In this document: piece after piece, positions 21,167-32,757 of the stretch | Position numbering within the stretch: position 1 is the stretch's first letter | Layout of the letters: every line of letters begins with the position of its first letter | Assembly (NCBI GenBank): GCA_017530965.1 | Contig: JAFXLS010000156.1 | Coordinates: 4,410-68,409 of the forward strand | Reading direction: 5' to 3' | Length of the DNA stretch: 64,000 bases | DNA from: Fibrobacter sp. | GTDB taxonomy: Bacteria > Fibrobacterota > Fibrobacteria > Fibrobacterales > Fibrobacteraceae | The notes under the pieces: model-generated | The model's input: the letters and a program-made list of their open reading frames with translations, nothing else | The model's database searches: none | Told to the model about the DNA's origin: nothing | Position numbers and translations under genes: made by a program

Positions 21167-21780
21167 CAGTTTACCTTCTTTATAAATCTCGCAGGATTTC
21201 CCGCCCAAATTTCATCGGCAGGAATATTTTTCGCCACAACGCTGCCCGCCCCAATAACAGCTCTATCGCCAATAGAAACCCCTTTCAAAATAATGCTTCC
21301 CGCCCCAATAAAAACATCGTTTCCAATACGAATTGGCAGGGCGGTTCTTTTTGAACAGTCCAGAAGAGGATCCCGCCTATCAGAATAATCAAGGCTGTGA
21401 AAATCCGTTGAATAGATTTTCACGCCCCCTCCCATCAAGACATTATCACCAATCACAATATCCGCACCCGTAGCATTCAATACCGTCTGCGAAATCCCTA
21501 CATTTTCACCTATAATAAGATTCGCATTATCAGCGACCAAGACACAAGGCGTAGCAAAGCCAATCGTATTTGCCCAAAGAGAATTATTCATTCTAAACTT
21601 TTTCCCAATAGACATGCGCCCTTTGCGAACATTCACAATTGGGCAACCATTTGTAGAAAAGTCAAAATGCTCTACAGCCAGAAGAAAGAACAATATTTGG
21701 ACTTTTACATAAAAAAAAGCTTTTTCAATCAGATTGCAGGCTTTTTTCACACACTTGTAGAACACTGTTCGCAATTTCAT
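21166..21780 (-). CDS. Hexapeptide-repeat sugar acyltransferase
   Basis: [31 protein letters not shown] and WAGNPAR motifs. Confidence 0.88.
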   Translation of the reverse strand: MKLRTVFYKCVKKACNLIEKAFFYVKVQILFFLLAVEHFDFSTNGCPIVNVRKGRMSIGKKFRMNNSLWANTIGFATPCVLVADNANLIIGENVGISQTVLNATGADIVIGDNVLMGGGVKIYSTDFHSLDYSDRRDPLLDCSKRTALPIRIGNDVFIGAGSIILKGVSIGDRAVIGAGSVVAKNIPADEIWAGNPARFIKKVN

Positions 21781-21797
21781 ATTTAAAGTCCCCTCAC

Positions 21798-23315
21798 CTA
21801 ATTCACACATATTTTTTTCATGAAACCAAAAAACTGATTTCGTTCATCTCTGTTCAAGAGAACCCATAGCGAAATCAAAGGTAAAAAGACAATGTCAGCC
21901 ACCATAACAAGAATAAAACGAGCACAATCTGTATTTGCCACAACAGAACACACATAGAAACATCCAACAGCAAATACAGAAACAATAATTACCGGAAGAA
22001 CAATCGTTTTTGTAAAATTCAAAACAGAGTATTCAATATATTTTCTCGCATAAAAAAGATTTATCCACACTTGCAACACCCCAACAACCATATTTACAAT
22101 TACTGCAGCATAGAAACTAAAGCCTAATTTAAATAGAACAAAAACAAACGCGATTGAAAGCAAATACAATCCAGACATCCACGCTTGTTGCTGCACAATT
22201 TTTCCAGAAGCGTGAACCCCTTGATAATGAAAATACGTAAAAGAGCTAACATTAATGGCAATCAAGGTCAACATAACCAATTCAGCAGCATACATCGGCG
22301 GATTATTCAGCCACAACGTCAAGATCATCCGCGTAAAGAAAATAATCGGCAACGTTATCATAAGCATCATCAAAAAGGTGACTTTTGTTCCAAAATCTAT
22401 AAGACGATGCATACTTTTCAAATCACCCGCGCCATACGCAGCAACTATTTGCGGGACCATAGATGATTTAAAATTCACAACAAATGCATTAATCGCATGT
22501 TGCACTTGAGCAGCTACAGCATAGGCAGCATTAATTGTCAAGCCAAAGAATAAATTAATTAGCATCACAATCCCCTGCGTATTCAGAAGTTGTGTAAGGA
22601 CCGTAAGAATCAAAAGTGAAACAAATTTAAGCATTTCTTTCATCAAGTTCTGATCTCGAATCGGTCCAGAGTGAGTCTCCTCAAATTGACGAGCCATCAC
22701 TACAAAAGCGAGAATTCCACCAAAAGACACGCCAAAATTTAAAAGAGACAATGCAACCAGCTTATCAAAAGGCAAAATAACCAACAAGTAAAGCACACCT
22801 AGGCGCAAAAAAGCCTGCACTATTTCCACAAGGGCTGTCTGCGAAAACATTTCACGAGCTCGCAGCATAGCCGAATATGGAACAGATACGACTCCCAAGA
22901 CCAATGTTGCCACGCCTGTTTGGAACACCACATGAGCCGCAGTCATTCTATCGGGTGGAATGTTCATTTTACCCAATAAGAACAACGCAAAAAATTCAGA
23001 TATAACCAAAGTTATTGTCGCAACGATAAAGTGAAGATAAAGTCCAACTCCAAAGATTCTTTTCAAGCGGTCTTTATTTTCTCGTCCAATTTCAAAGCTA
23101 TAAAAACGTTGAACCGCGGTTCCCATTGATCCATTTATAAACGAGAACATCGCTACAATACTACCAACAAGATTATTCAATCCATAATCTTCAACCCCAA
23201 GTTGTTCTAACGTCACTCTAACAGCAAAAAAAGAAATGAACATTGTTATAGCCTGGCGCACATACAACGTCAGGGTATTCTTCGCAATCTTTTTTCTGTT
23301 AATCTGAAAAGCCAT
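21798..23315 (-). CDS. wzx: Wzx-type flippase (MOP superfamily)
   Basis: 505-aa polytopic protein; [11 protein letters not shown] and LGVEDYGL N-terminus. Confidence 0.85.
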   Translation of the reverse strand: MAFQINRKKIAKNTLTLYVRQAITMFISFFAVRVTLEQLGVEDYGLNNLVGSIVAMFSFINGSMGTAVQRFYSFEIGRENKDRLKRIFGVGLYLHFIVATITLVISEFFALFLLGKMNIPPDRMTAAHVVFQTGVATLVLGVVSVPYSAMLRAREMFSQTALVEIVQAFLRLGVLYLLVILPFDKLVALSLLNFGVSFGGILAFVVMARQFEETHSGPIRDQNLMKEMLKFVSLLILTVLTQLLNTQGIVMLINLFFGLTINAAYAVAAQVQHAINAFVVNFKSSMVPQIVAAYGAGDLKSMHRLIDFGTKVTFLMMLMITLPIIFFTRMILTLWLNNPPMYAAELVMLTLIAINVSSFTYFHYQGVHASGKIVQQQAWMSGLYLLSIAFVFVLFKLGFSFYAAVIVNMVVGVLQVWINLFYARKYIEYSVLNFTKTIVLPVIIVSVFAVGCFYVCSVVANTDCARFILVMVADIVFLPLISLWVLLNRDERNQFFGFMKKICVN

Positions 23316-23320
23316 AAAAA

Positions 23321-24601
23321 TCAGTGGAGCAAGTGAACAGGAATAGGGGTTCCATTTTTAAAATTATCAATGCTGGCGCGATATGCATCGATCCATTTAC
23401 GAATAATCTGTTCGTTATTCACACGTTCAGAAGCCGTAATACAGGCGTTCTCGCGAATCTTTTCTGCAAAGTTTTCATCATTTAGCAATTTAAGCATATT
23501 ATCTGCCATCGCAGAAAAATCACCCGCAGGAGACAGTAGTACGCTTTCCCTCTTTTTATTGAGGTTCGGAGTTTCTGGCGTTATAGTAGACACGACAGGC
23601 AATCCATTTGCCATAGCCTCTCTAATAGTCCCCGAAAGCAAATCAATCTTCAACGGCAAAAGAGCGAAGCGAGATTTTCTTATTTGAGAGATTACATCAT
23701 CATGTGTCGCCAGTTTTCCCTCAAATGTAATCTTATCCCGTAATCCGAGTTCATCGATCCGAGCATCCAACTGTTTTTTTAAAGATATTGAAAAATTACC
23801 AACAACATCAAGTGTTATTGATTGATTTTGTTGGCTAGCTATTGAGAAAGCTTCAATCGCATAGTCAGCAGCTTTGCTGATATCCAAAGCAAAGTAAACA
23901 AAGTCAAATTTTTTTTCGCAGTTGCTAAAATTCAGCGATTCAGCAACAGCCAACGAAGTTCCAAGAATCGGCCCTTTATGTTCAAGCAAATTATTGATTA
24001 CATTAACAAATTTTTTTTCGGGCGTGCCAATATAGTCCGCTCTTTCAAGAATCTGTCTTTCCGATCCAGAACGATAAGCATACGACTTTTCTGAAATAGG
24101 GTAATTCTTTTTAAATTCTGGATCAATCATCAACGTTTGTAACTGAACAAACACAGGGATAGAACGGGGAATATCTAAAGCGGCCAACGAATACTGCGGA
24201 TTTTCCGCACCAATTACATGAATCAAATCAGGTTCAATCTCTTTAATTTTGTCAGCGATATACTTTCGATTATTACTATATTCCCTTTCATCAACAAATG
24301 CATTCAGAAACGATTTTAGTCCAGAATTTTCATCTTTAAAAAAATAATAATGGATGCCATTCTCTTCAAAAACGGATTCAGAATCTTGCATTGTATAGCT
24401 AGGGCTAATCACATGCAATTCAACTACCTCCGTAAACTTTTCAAATTCCTTAATGGCATTGGTATTCCATTGAGCGAAATCAAAGTTATGACAAGGCTTT
24501 TTTAGAAATTTACGAACAACACTTTCTACCAAACCAACTTTATTGTTCATATGAGAACGAACTTTAGTGTTGGAAAAATGACATATCCACAATATTTTCA
24601 T
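23321..24601 (-). CDS. GT4-like glycosyltransferase
   Basis: MKILW start, PDLIHV and EAMANGLPVV motifs. Confidence 0.83.
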   Translation of the reverse strand: MKILWICHFSNTKVRSHMNNKVGLVESVVRKFLKKPCHNFDFAQWNTNAIKEFEKFTEVVELHVISPSYTMQDSESVFEENGIHYYFFKDENSGLKSFLNAFVDEREYSNNRKYIADKIKEIEPDLIHVIGAENPQYSLAALDIPRSIPVFVQLQTLMIDPEFKKNYPISEKSYAYRSGSERQILERADYIGTPEKKFVNVINNLLEHKGPILGTSLAVAESLNFSNCEKKFDFVYFALDISKAADYAIEAFSIASQQNQSITLDVVGNFSISLKKQLDARIDELGLRDKITFEGKLATHDDVISQIRKSRFALLPLKIDLLSGTIREAMANGLPVVSTITPETPNLNKKRESVLLSPAGDFSAMADNMLKLLNDENFAEKIRENACITASERVNNEQIIRKWIDAYRASIDNFKNGTPIPVHLLH

Positions 24602-24611
24602 AACAAAAACC

Positions 24612-25670
24612 TTACATTACATTAATCATCTTCAAGTATTCCGGCCACTCTCCCATATCTCGCCAAGAACCTTCACTAACAGGAAAACATCCAACACGAC
24701 CGCCCCGAGTTTTCACCTTTTCCATCAAATCCGTTATATGGAAAAACTTTCCTTCCGGAATCTCATCAATCAAGCCCGGATTCAAAAGGTAAACCCCTGT
24801 ATTAATCATATAGGTAATCTCAGGCTTTTCGCGCAATCCTGTCATAAGACCATTATCGCCCGTATCAATCACACCATACGGAATGCGGATACTTTTTACT
24901 GCAGTCACGATGGTAATATCATTGTCATTTGACCTGTGATAGTCATAAACATCACGATAATCTTGGTCAATAATGATATCACAGTTTGACACAAAGAACG
25001 GAGAATTGATTTTTCCCTTCAGCAGGGACACACTGCCTATTGTTCCAAGCGGCTTTGTTTCTTCAAAAAAATCAATATTGTACTTGTGTTCCAATTGATC
25101 TAAATAAAAACGCATCATATCACTTTTGTAATTTACGGACATGTAAAATTGAGAGCATCCGATATTCTCGAATTGATTCATGATTTCTTCAAGAATAGTC
25201 TTGTCCCCTATCGGAATCAACGGTTTCGGAATTACATTTGTAATAGGTTTAAGTCGCGTACCTTTGCCTCCGGCCATAATAACAACCGGAAGATCGATTT
25301 TTTCACGTTTCTCTGGTTCCGCCTTTAAAAACCAATCCTTCCAAAAAATGGCATCAACCATATTTCCGGAATCATCCATAACGGGCATACATTCTGCCCT
25401 CAAGCGACTCATTTTCTCTTTTATTTGCTCTTTTGTGTCATGAATGGACGCATATATTTTATTATAGTCCAAGACACTCTTGGATTCTGCCGACAAAGGG
25501 ACACCCTTAATTACGGCACGCTGAATGTCTCCAATCGTAAGGATTCCCAAAAAAGATTCAGCTTCAAAAACGAAGAGAAGTTTCTTTCCAAGACGATCCA
25601 TCAATTTCATGGACTCAATCAAAGTTGTCTGAGGTGAAATTACCCGATCTTTAATTTTTTCCAAAATCAT
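24612..25670 (-). CDS. CBS-domain sugar-phosphate nucleotidyltransferase (LegX/PtmE-like)
   Basis: N-terminal CBS pair (GILTIGDIQR) followed by MAGGKGTRLKP..PKPL. Confidence 0.85.
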   Translation of the reverse strand: MILEKIKDRVISPQTTLIESMKLMDRLGKKLLFVFEAESFLGILTIGDIQRAVIKGVPLSAESKSVLDYNKIYASIHDTKEQIKEKMSRLRAECMPVMDDSGNMVDAIFWKDWFLKAEPEKREKIDLPVVIMAGGKGTRLKPITNVIPKPLIPIGDKTILEEIMNQFENIGCSQFYMSVNYKSDMMRFYLDQLEHKYNIDFFEETKPLGTIGSVSLLKGKINSPFFVSNCDIIIDQDYRDVYDYHRSNDNDITIVTAVKSIRIPYGVIDTGDNGLMTGLREKPEITYMINTGVYLLNPGLIDEIPEGKFFHITDLMEKVKTRGGRVGCFPVSEGSWRDMGEWPEYLKMINVM

Positions 25671-26686
25671 ACAAGGCCTTTTGTATAATCGGATTCTTTG
25701 CCCCAAAGCTTTTCAAAACGGTTGATTTCCATTTCTTTTTTCAAATCCTTGAGGAACGAAATATAATCCCATTTCGGAGTATAGCCCAATTGGGAAATTG
25801 TTTTAGATATATCTAAAATAAAATTAGGCGAATCAGGCTTATCGCGATTTATCACGATCTTGGACTTTTTCTCGGGATTACCAAACACATCAATAATTCC
25901 CTGAATCTGCTCCATTCGCGTCACAGGCATATTATTTCCAACATTATATACGCCACAGTCACCATTTGCAGACAACATTTTCTCTATAATCTGAACACAA
26001 TCTTTTACGTAGAAAACATCTCTCTTACACTCAGGGTTTCCCCAAAGTTCAATATTTTCGCCTTTTTTCGCCTGTTCAATGATTGCCCGCTGTCCGGTCC
26101 ACCTCTTTACCCCATCAACAAAATAAGTTGGATTGGGATGGTAACAGAAGATATTCGGAAAGCGCAAGATATAATATTTAAAGCCATACTTCACAGAATA
26201 ATGTTGAACAATATCAACCGCAGCATTTTTGGTTATTGCATAAATGGTATGGTCATCATTAAGAGGGAATCTACTCGGCACGTCAGCAGGTATCGGCTTG
26301 TTTTCTTTCAGCAAATAATTTATGTCTCCCCAAGTACGCGGGAAAATAAATCGTTCAACACCAGCACCTACAGCATAATCCAAAACATTCATTGTTCCAT
26401 ATATGTTAGATTCAACGAACTTTCTAGGATCATAACCTTCCATTGTTGCCGGGAGAATTGCAGCCATATGGATAACACCATAAACTCCTTTTTGCGGAAG
26501 TTTTTTTAGATCATCTTGACTTAAGATGTCCGCAGAAATGTACTGAATTCCATTGTCGGCAAAAAAACCATTATCCGAATTCCTTTTTCCCACAGCGACT
26601 ACATCATAGCCCATTTCTTTCAAATATAGGGCTGTATAGCACCCGACCTTTCCTGTAGCCCCTAATATAACGATTTTCTTTGACAT
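25667..26686 (-). CDS. NAD-dependent epimerase/dehydratase (extended SDR)
   Basis: GATGKVG and YAITK motifs. Confidence 0.85.
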   Translation of the reverse strand: MSKKIVILGATGKVGCYTALYLKEMGYDVVAVGKRNSDNGFFADNGIQYISADILSQDDLKKLPQKGVYGVIHMAAILPATMEGYDPRKFVESNIYGTMNVLDYAVGAGVERFIFPRTWGDINYLLKENKPIPADVPSRFPLNDDHTIYAITKNAAVDIVQHYSVKYGFKYYILRFPNIFCYHPNPTYFVDGVKRWTGQRAIIEQAKKGENIELWGNPECKRDVFYVKDCVQIIEKMLSANGDCGVYNVGNNMPVTRMEQIQGIIDVFGNPEKKSKIVINRDKPDSPNFILDISKTISQLGYTPKWDYISFLKDLKKEMEINRFEKLWGKESDYTKGLV

Positions 26687-26713
26687 GGCTTTCTCCTGTT
26701 AATGATTCCTATA

Positions 26714-27901
26714 TTAAAACACCTTTACAAAAGCGGCTATTTGCCGTTCATACGACTCTACCAGCGAGTCAATTTCCTCGCGTTTTTCAGACATCACAAT
26801 AAACTGACCGTAACGATTTAAGCTGCTTGTAATCTTATTCACCTGGTCACCAATTTTAAGTTTCAGATTAAAATCGACAATTCCCGGCCAAGTAGAAACA
26901 GCCTTGATTTTTTCATCAATTGCAGTTACAGTTCCCTCTGGCAACGAGAAAAAGCAAACACCTGAAGCCTTTTCCACTCGCCCTGTTTTCGTATCAACAG
27001 GTTCACCCAAAGCAATGTTCAGCAATTGATCTTCAATATTGATTCCAGTCGAAAGAGGAACCAACGTGGAGGTAATATAATCTCCACCCAAACGAGGACT
27101 TGTTTCAATTACAAAAATTCCACGTTCATTGATTTTCAGTTCCGTATGTGACGGGCAATTTTCAAAATTTAAAGCAAATGCAATGTTAGAAATGACTTCG
27201 CGAATAGCATTCCGTTGATGTTCAGTCAAATTTGCAGGTTGCTTATGTCCAAGTTCCACATTATATGGGAATTCAGTGGTTTTCTTTTCCGTAAACTGGA
27301 TAACTTCTGTTTTGCCGTTGTAGTGAAGGCTTTCAATACTGTATTCTTGGCCTTCAATGAATTCTTCTACAAGGACAGAATCCAAATGAGAGTATTCAAG
27401 AGCCTCGTCAATGCAAGACTGCAATTCTTCTTGAGTGCGGCAAAGTTTCACACCGCGACTTCCAGAATTGTCGCGCGGTTTCACAATGACTGGATACACA
27501 AAATCAGCGGTTTCTTGAGCAGATTTAACGAGTCGTCCCTTTGCACAGGGAACTCCACCCGCGATAAAGCGCTGTTTCATCTGGTATTTGTCCGTTGACC
27601 ATTGTGCGGTTTCAACGGAATAGAACGGCAAATTCAATTCCTTGGCAACACGAGCCATCATCACAAGAGGTTTATCCGTTGCCGCTGTCACGACAGCGGA
27701 AACGTTATACTTTTTTGCAACAGCGAGTGTTCCTTCGTAATCTTGCCCACCGACGATCTCGAAAGCATCGACATCATCTTTGCAGAATGCATCGGCACAA
27801 GGGTCAATCCCTATGACGAACAACCCCTTGTTATGGGCTCTACCGATAATCGACTTTTGCAATTCGCCGACACCAAATACCAGTATAGATTTCTTATCCA
27901 T
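26714..27901 (-). CDS. ATP-grasp ligase
   Basis: PVIVKPRDNSGSRGV, VEEFIEGQEYSIE and IETSPRLGG motifs; likely start ATG 27901. Confidence 0.85.
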   Translation of the reverse strand: MDKKSILVFGVGELQKSIIGRAHNKGLFVIGIDPCADAFCKDDVDAFEIVGGQDYEGTLAVAKKYNVSAVVTAATDKPLVMMARVAKELNLPFYSVETAQWSTDKYQMKQRFIAGGVPCAKGRLVKSAQETADFVYPVIVKPRDNSGSRGVKLCRTQEELQSCIDEALEYSHLDSVLVEEFIEGQEYSIESLHYNGKTEVIQFTEKKTTEFPYNVELGHKQPANLTEHQRNAIREVISNIAFALNFENCPSHTELKINERGIFVIETSPRLGGDYITSTLVPLSTGINIEDQLLNIALGEPVDTKTGRVEKASGVCFFSLPEGTVTAIDEKIKAVSTWPGIVDFNLKLKIGDQVNKITSSLNRYGQFIVMSEKREEIDSLVESYERQIAAFVKVF

Positions 27902-29027
27902 TAATCGCCTTATTGACTGTTTCGCAAATGAAATCAACCTGTTCCATCGTAAGCGCAGCATACATCGGGAGCGTGATTTCGTGATCCGTCACATATTCTG
28001 TTTGCGGCAAAACAGCACCATAGTCCTTATAAATAGAGAACTTGTGAATTGCCGGGTAATGAACGCTTGTCTGAATTCCCGCAGCGTGAATTTTTTCACG
28101 AATTGCGTCGCGATCTTCCTTTGAGCCCTGAGTCAGCACAACAGGCATAATGTAGTTTGACGTAAATTCCGTACAATCTGCAAACGGAACGACAACGCCC
28201 TTTATCTTGGAAAGATTTTCCACATACCTTTTGCGAACAAGAATTCTCTTTTCGAGGTCGCCAGGCAATTTTTTCAACTGTTCAATCGCAATCGAAGCAC
28301 GAATATCGTCAAGACGGAAGTTGTAGCCCAATTCTACGATATCATAGGCGGTCGCATGACCAGAAGCACGTTGATACGACATTGTCGTCATGCCGTGGGA
28401 ACGCATGAGGCGAGCTTTGTTAGCGAGTTCCTCATTATTCGAAATGAACATACCGCCCTCGCCCGTGCTAATATTCTTATTCGAGAAGAAACTGAACGCA
28501 GCGCAATCACCGATTGTTCCAAGTTTTTTGCCCTTATATTCGGAAAGAGGGCCATGGCAAGCATCTTCGATGACCTTAAGGTTGTGTTCCTTGGCAATAG
28601 CCATGATTTCATCCATCTTAGCAGGATAGCCCGCCATATGGACGACAACAATAGCCTTTGTTTTCGGAGTAATTTTCTTCTTGACGTCTTCCGGGTCAAT
28701 ATTGATATGATCCGGACCAACAATGTCACAGAAAACAGGGGTGGCTCCGGCATAACGGATGCAGTTTGCAGACGCAGCAAATGTGAGCGACGGGCAAAGG
28801 ACCTCGTCACCGGGACCGACACCACAGGCCAAACAGCACAGATGCAATGCATCAGTACAATTCGTGACACTTACCGCATACTTGACTTTCCACATGTCCA
28901 CAAACATCTGCTCCAGTTCGGCGCATTTAGGACCTGTAGAAATCCAACCGGATTTAATCGTGTCATAGGCAGCTTTTGCCTCACGTTCGTCAAAATTGAG
29001 ATTGAAAAGAGGAATATCGTAAGCCAT
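27894..29027 (-). CDS. DegT/DnrJ/EryC1/StrS sugar aminotransferase
   Basis: IEDACH and SFFSNKNISTGEGGM (PLP Lys) motifs. Confidence 0.92.
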   Translation of the reverse strand: MAYDIPLFNLNFDEREAKAAYDTIKSGWISTGPKCAELEQMFVDMWKVKYAVSVTNCTDALHLCCLACGVGPGDEVLCPSLTFAASANCIRYAGATPVFCDIVGPDHINIDPEDVKKKITPKTKAIVVVHMAGYPAKMDEIMAIAKEHNLKVIEDACHGPLSEYKGKKLGTIGDCAAFSFFSNKNISTGEGGMFISNNEELANKARLMRSHGMTTMSYQRASGHATAYDIVELGYNFRLDDIRASIAIEQLKKLPGDLEKRILVRKRYVENLSKIKGVVVPFADCTEFTSNYIMPVVLTQGSKEDRDAIREKIHAAGIQTSVHYPAIHKFSIYKDYGAVLPQTEYVTDHEITLPMYAALTMEQVDFICETVNKAING

Positions 29028-29037
29028 TTTAACCTTC

Positions 29038-30246
29038 CTACATCTTCTGGTCTAAGTTTTTGCCTTTTTCTTCGTGTTCAAAATTGGGAATAAAGCGTTT
29101 GATTGCATCCACCACTTCGGGTTTCGTGAAATCTTCGCGAGCAAAGATGGACTCGATTTCGTCGAAGAACTTTTCAATTTCACCCAGCGGGCGCTTCTTC
29201 ACTTCTTCAATAACACCCAGGCTATTGAAGCGCTGCATGTTAATTTTTTCTCCGGGAACATAGAATTCTTCGTAGGCCTTTTCGCCGGTCGTATCGCTCT
29301 TGAAATAGACCACCGGGTACGTTTTGCTTTCGTAGGGCATGTCTGCCGCGAACTTTTTGGCTTCATCGTCGGTGGCGAATTCACGCTTGGTGTAGCCTTC
29401 GCTCTTTACGAATTCATCGCAGATCGCAGAGAATGTAAGCATCTGTTCTTCACCCAGTTTCGGGAAGAAGATTTCGCCATTGTTGCCAAGAATACAAGCC
29501 AGCATGCAAATCTGTCCACTCTCTTCGGGAGATACGAAATAGCGTTTGACATCGTTCGGGGCGGCAAGGGGCTGTTTCTTCTGGACTCGATGCATCCAGC
29601 CATCCGGAAGCGAACCATTCGAAAAAGCCACATTCGCAAATCGAGCGGTCGTCACCTTGAACTTGGTCGTATAGGCCATCACCAAGTCTTCCATGATGCG
29701 CTTGCTTGCACCCATGATATTTACAGGGTTCGCCGCCTTGTCCGTACTCACGCAGAAGAAATGCTTGGGCGGAAATTCGGCCAAAAGATCCATCAGCTTT
29801 TTGGCCTTGATGTCGTTGTTCTCAATAAGAGCCTGGACAGAATACTTGTCCTTTTCGCTACGCACATGCTTATGGGCACTGAAGTTCGCAACGATATCAA
29901 AGCCCTTTTCTTCACGGAAGATTCGAGCAAAAATCGGGTCGGCAAAGTTGAGCGTATAGGCACGGTATTCCGGCGGAACAACTAATCCATCCGTAGAACG
30001 CAGGTCACGAGTCAACTCGGCAAGGCCATTTTCATTAAGGTCAATCACCACCAATTTTGCAGGCTTAAAGCGAAGAACAGCCTTGATGTAAGAGGAGCCG
30101 ATAGAGCCGGCCCCGCCAATCACGCAAACGCTCTTACCTTGAATTTCTTCGGTAAGTTTTGCAGAATTCGCCTGAATGTCGCCTTCGAACATACTCGAAG
30201 CGCGATGCGTCACACTGTCACCAATAAACTTTGAAAGAACGAACAT
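29038..30246 (-). CDS. NDP-GlcNAc 4,6-dehydratase (Polysacc_synt_2 family)
   Basis: GGAGSIG, HKHV, STDKAANPVNIMGASKR and RFANV motifs. Confidence 0.85.
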   Translation of the reverse strand: MFVLSKFIGDSVTHRASSMFEGDIQANSAKLTEEIQGKSVCVIGGAGSIGSSYIKAVLRFKPAKLVVIDLNENGLAELTRDLRSTDGLVVPPEYRAYTLNFADPIFARIFREEKGFDIVANFSAHKHVRSEKDKYSVQALIENNDIKAKKLMDLLAEFPPKHFFCVSTDKAANPVNIMGASKRIMEDLVMAYTTKFKVTTARFANVAFSNGSLPDGWMHRVQKKQPLAAPNDVKRYFVSPEESGQICMLACILGNNGEIFFPKLGEEQMLTFSAICDEFVKSEGYTKREFATDDEAKKFAADMPYESKTYPVVYFKSDTTGEKAYEEFYVPGEKINMQRFNSLGVIEEVKKRPLGEIEKFFDEIESIFAREDFTKPEVVDAIKRFIPNFEHEEKGKNLDQKM

Positions 30247-30254
30247 GTCAAGAC

Positions 30255-31352
30255 CTACTTTACCAAGCCTTTTTCGAGGTATTCGGCAAGATTGGTGCGT
30301 ACATGACTTGCGACACTATCCGCAGCAACCTTGCGCATATCGCTATCAACCATAATCTTTACGAGTTGTTCGAAGGTCGTGGTCTGCGGATTCCAGCCCA
30401 GTTCAGCCTTAGCCTTGGTCGGGTCTCCCCAAAGATTTACCACATCGGTCGGACGATAGAAATCTTCGGACACGGCCACAACGGTCTTGCCAGTAGCCAC
30501 ATCGATTCCCTTCTCATTCACGCCTTCACCTTCCCAGCGGAGCTCAACACCCGCATGGTGGAACGCGAGCGTCGCAAATTCTCGCACGGTGTGCTGCACA
30601 CCGGTAGCAATCACGAAATCTTCGGGTTTGTCATGCTGCAAAATGAGCCACATGCATTCCACGTAGTCCTTGGCATAGCCCCAGTCGCGGAGGCTGTCCA
30701 GATTACCAAGGTACAGGCAGTCCTGCTTGCCCTGGGCAATGCGGGCGGCGGCCAACGTAATCTTACGGGTAACAAAAGTCTCGCCACGGCGTTCGGATTC
30801 ATGGTTAAAGAGAATGCCGGAGCAGCAGAACATATTGTACGCCTCGCGGTATTCCTTGATAATCCAGAAACCATAGAGTTTGGCAACAGCATAAGGACTG
30901 TAGGGATGGAAGGGGGTGTTCTCGTTCTGCGGGACCTCTTCTACCTTGCCGTAAAGTTCGCTGGTACTGGCCTGATAAATGCGGCAGGTCTTTTCCAGGT
31001 GGTTGGTACGCACGGCCTCCAGAATACGGAGCACGCCGGTAGCATCCACGTCGGCAGTAAATTCCGGCGCATCAAAAGACACCTGCACATGGCTCTGGGC
31101 GGCCAGGTTATAAATTTCGGTCGGTTGAACCTTACCCACCACCTTTACAAGGCTCATAGAGTCGCCCATGTCGGCATAGTGTAAGTGGAAATTCGGAGTT
31201 CCTTCGAGGTGAGCAATACGTTCACGGTAATCTACAGAAGAACGGCGGATAATGCCATGAACTTCGTAGCCCTTGGCCAGGAGAAATTCTGAAAGGTAGG
31301 AGCCATCCTGTCCGGTGACACCTGTGATAAGAGCTACGTTACGTTTATCCAT
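30255..31352 (-). CDS. gmd: GDP-mannose 4,6-dehydratase
   Basis: [20 protein letters not shown] and [18 protein letters not shown] motifs. Confidence 0.96.
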   Translation of the reverse strand: MDKRNVALITGVTGQDGSYLSEFLLAKGYEVHGIIRRSSVDYRERIAHLEGTPNFHLHYADMGDSMSLVKVVGKVQPTEIYNLAAQSHVQVSFDAPEFTADVDATGVLRILEAVRTNHLEKTCRIYQASTSELYGKVEEVPQNENTPFHPYSPYAVAKLYGFWIIKEYREAYNMFCCSGILFNHESERRGETFVTRKITLAAARIAQGKQDCLYLGNLDSLRDWGYAKDYVECMWLILQHDKPEDFVIATGVQHTVREFATLAFHHAGVELRWEGEGVNEKGIDVATGKTVVAVSEDFYRPTDVVNLWGDPTKAKAELGWNPQTTTFEQLVKIMVDSDMRKVAADSVASHVRTNLAEYLEKGLVK

Positions 31353-32517
31353 TGAGGGATTCCTTGTACCAGTCAAAAAGTTTCTGTACGCCCTGGTCGA
31401 TTTCGACCTTATGGGTCCAACCGAGACTATGGAGTTTGCTCACGTCAATCAGTTTACGCGGTGTGCCGTCGGGCTTGCTTGCATCGAACACGACCTCGCC
31501 TTCGAAGCCGACCGCCTTCACGACAAGTTCGCTAAGTTCACGAATGGTGAGTTCCTTGCCAGTGCCAACGTTGATGTGGCAGTTACGGATTTCGCCAAGT
31601 TTCGGGATGGCGCCGCCACGTCCTGCGCTGTGATTACGATCCACGGCACCATCTACGCTTGCGCCGTAGTGCACGCTGGAGTACTTTTCAATACCAATAA
31701 TATCGCTGAAGTTTACGTTCAAGAGCACATGAACCGAGGCGTCGGCCATGTCCTCGCTCCACAGGAACTCGCGGAGTGGCTTACCAGTTCCCCAAAGAGT
31801 CACCTTGTTATTCTCAATACCATATTTGGCGAGAACCTTCAAGATTTCTTCTTGCGAGGCATTGCCGTTAATGCCCTCGACAGGACGTTTGTCCATATCG
31901 ACTTTGATACTCTTCCAGTCGTTATCATGGATAAGCTTCGCCAGGTAAACCTTGCGCATCATGGCCGGCATCACATGGCTATTTTCCAAGTGAAAATTGT
32001 CGTTCGGGCCATAAAGGTTCGTCGGCATCACGGCGATATAGTTCGTGCCGTATTGCAGGTTGTAGCTTTCACACATCTTGAGGCCTGCAATCTTTGCAAT
32101 GGCATATTCCTCGTTGGTGTACTCCAGTTCGCTCGTGAGAAGCGCATCTTCTTTCATGGGCTGCGGAGCATTCTTCGGATAAATGCAGGTGGATCCCAGG
32201 AACAGGAACTTTTTCACATTGTGGGCATAGGCTTCACTGAACACGTTACACTGGATTTTCATGTTCATCATCATGAAATCGGCACGATACAGAGAGTTCG
32301 CCATAATACCGCCAACAAACGCTGCAGCAAGCACCACTGCATCCGGCTTTTCTTCGTCAAAGAACTTCTTGACGGCATACTGGTCAGTAAGGTCAAGTTC
32401 CTTGTGGGTGCGACCAACGAGGTTGTTGTACCCTCGGGACTTGAGGTTGTTCCAAATGGCAGAGCCGACCAAGCCATGGTGACCAGCAACATAAATCTTT
32501 GAGTTCTTATCTAACAT
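31345..32517 (-). CDS. fcl: GDP-L-fucose synthase
   Basis: [31 protein letters not shown] and KPDGTPRK motifs. Confidence 0.95.
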   Translation of the reverse strand: MLDKNSKIYVAGHHGLVGSAIWNNLKSRGYNNLVGRTHKELDLTDQYAVKKFFDEEKPDAVVLAAAFVGGIMANSLYRADFMMMNMKIQCNVFSEAYAHNVKKFLFLGSTCIYPKNAPQPMKEDALLTSELEYTNEEYAIAKIAGLKMCESYNLQYGTNYIAVMPTNLYGPNDNFHLENSHVMPAMMRKVYLAKLIHDNDWKSIKVDMDKRPVEGINGNASQEEILKVLAKYGIENNKVTLWGTGKPLREFLWSEDMADASVHVLLNVNFSDIIGIEKYSSVHYGASVDGAVDRNHSAGRGGAIPKLGEIRNCHINVGTGKELTIRELSELVVKAVGFEGEVVFDASKPDGTPRKLIDVSKLHSLGWTHKVEIDQGVQKLFDWYKESLNG

Positions 32518-32725
32518 AATTTTACAAATCCAATGTGATGAGTCCGCTGCTCAAACCGATTGAGCGAGATTCATCACAAATCCAGCTTTTCCTAGTAAAA
32601 TTTCAACATAATTTAACAATTTACATTAATCTTACAAGAGTATAACCATAGAAATATATGGATATATAATACAGACCATAGAACGTGGTCTAGGGAGGAA
32701 TTTTTAGGGGGAGGGTTGTATAATG

Positions 32726-32746
32726 AAAAAAGCCCCTTTCGGGGCT
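32726..32746 (-). terminator. Intrinsic terminator of rpn gene 1
   Basis: AGCCCC-GAAA-GGGGCT followed by a T-tract on the minus strand. Confidence 0.8.
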
Positions 32747-32757
32747 GAAATCGGGAA

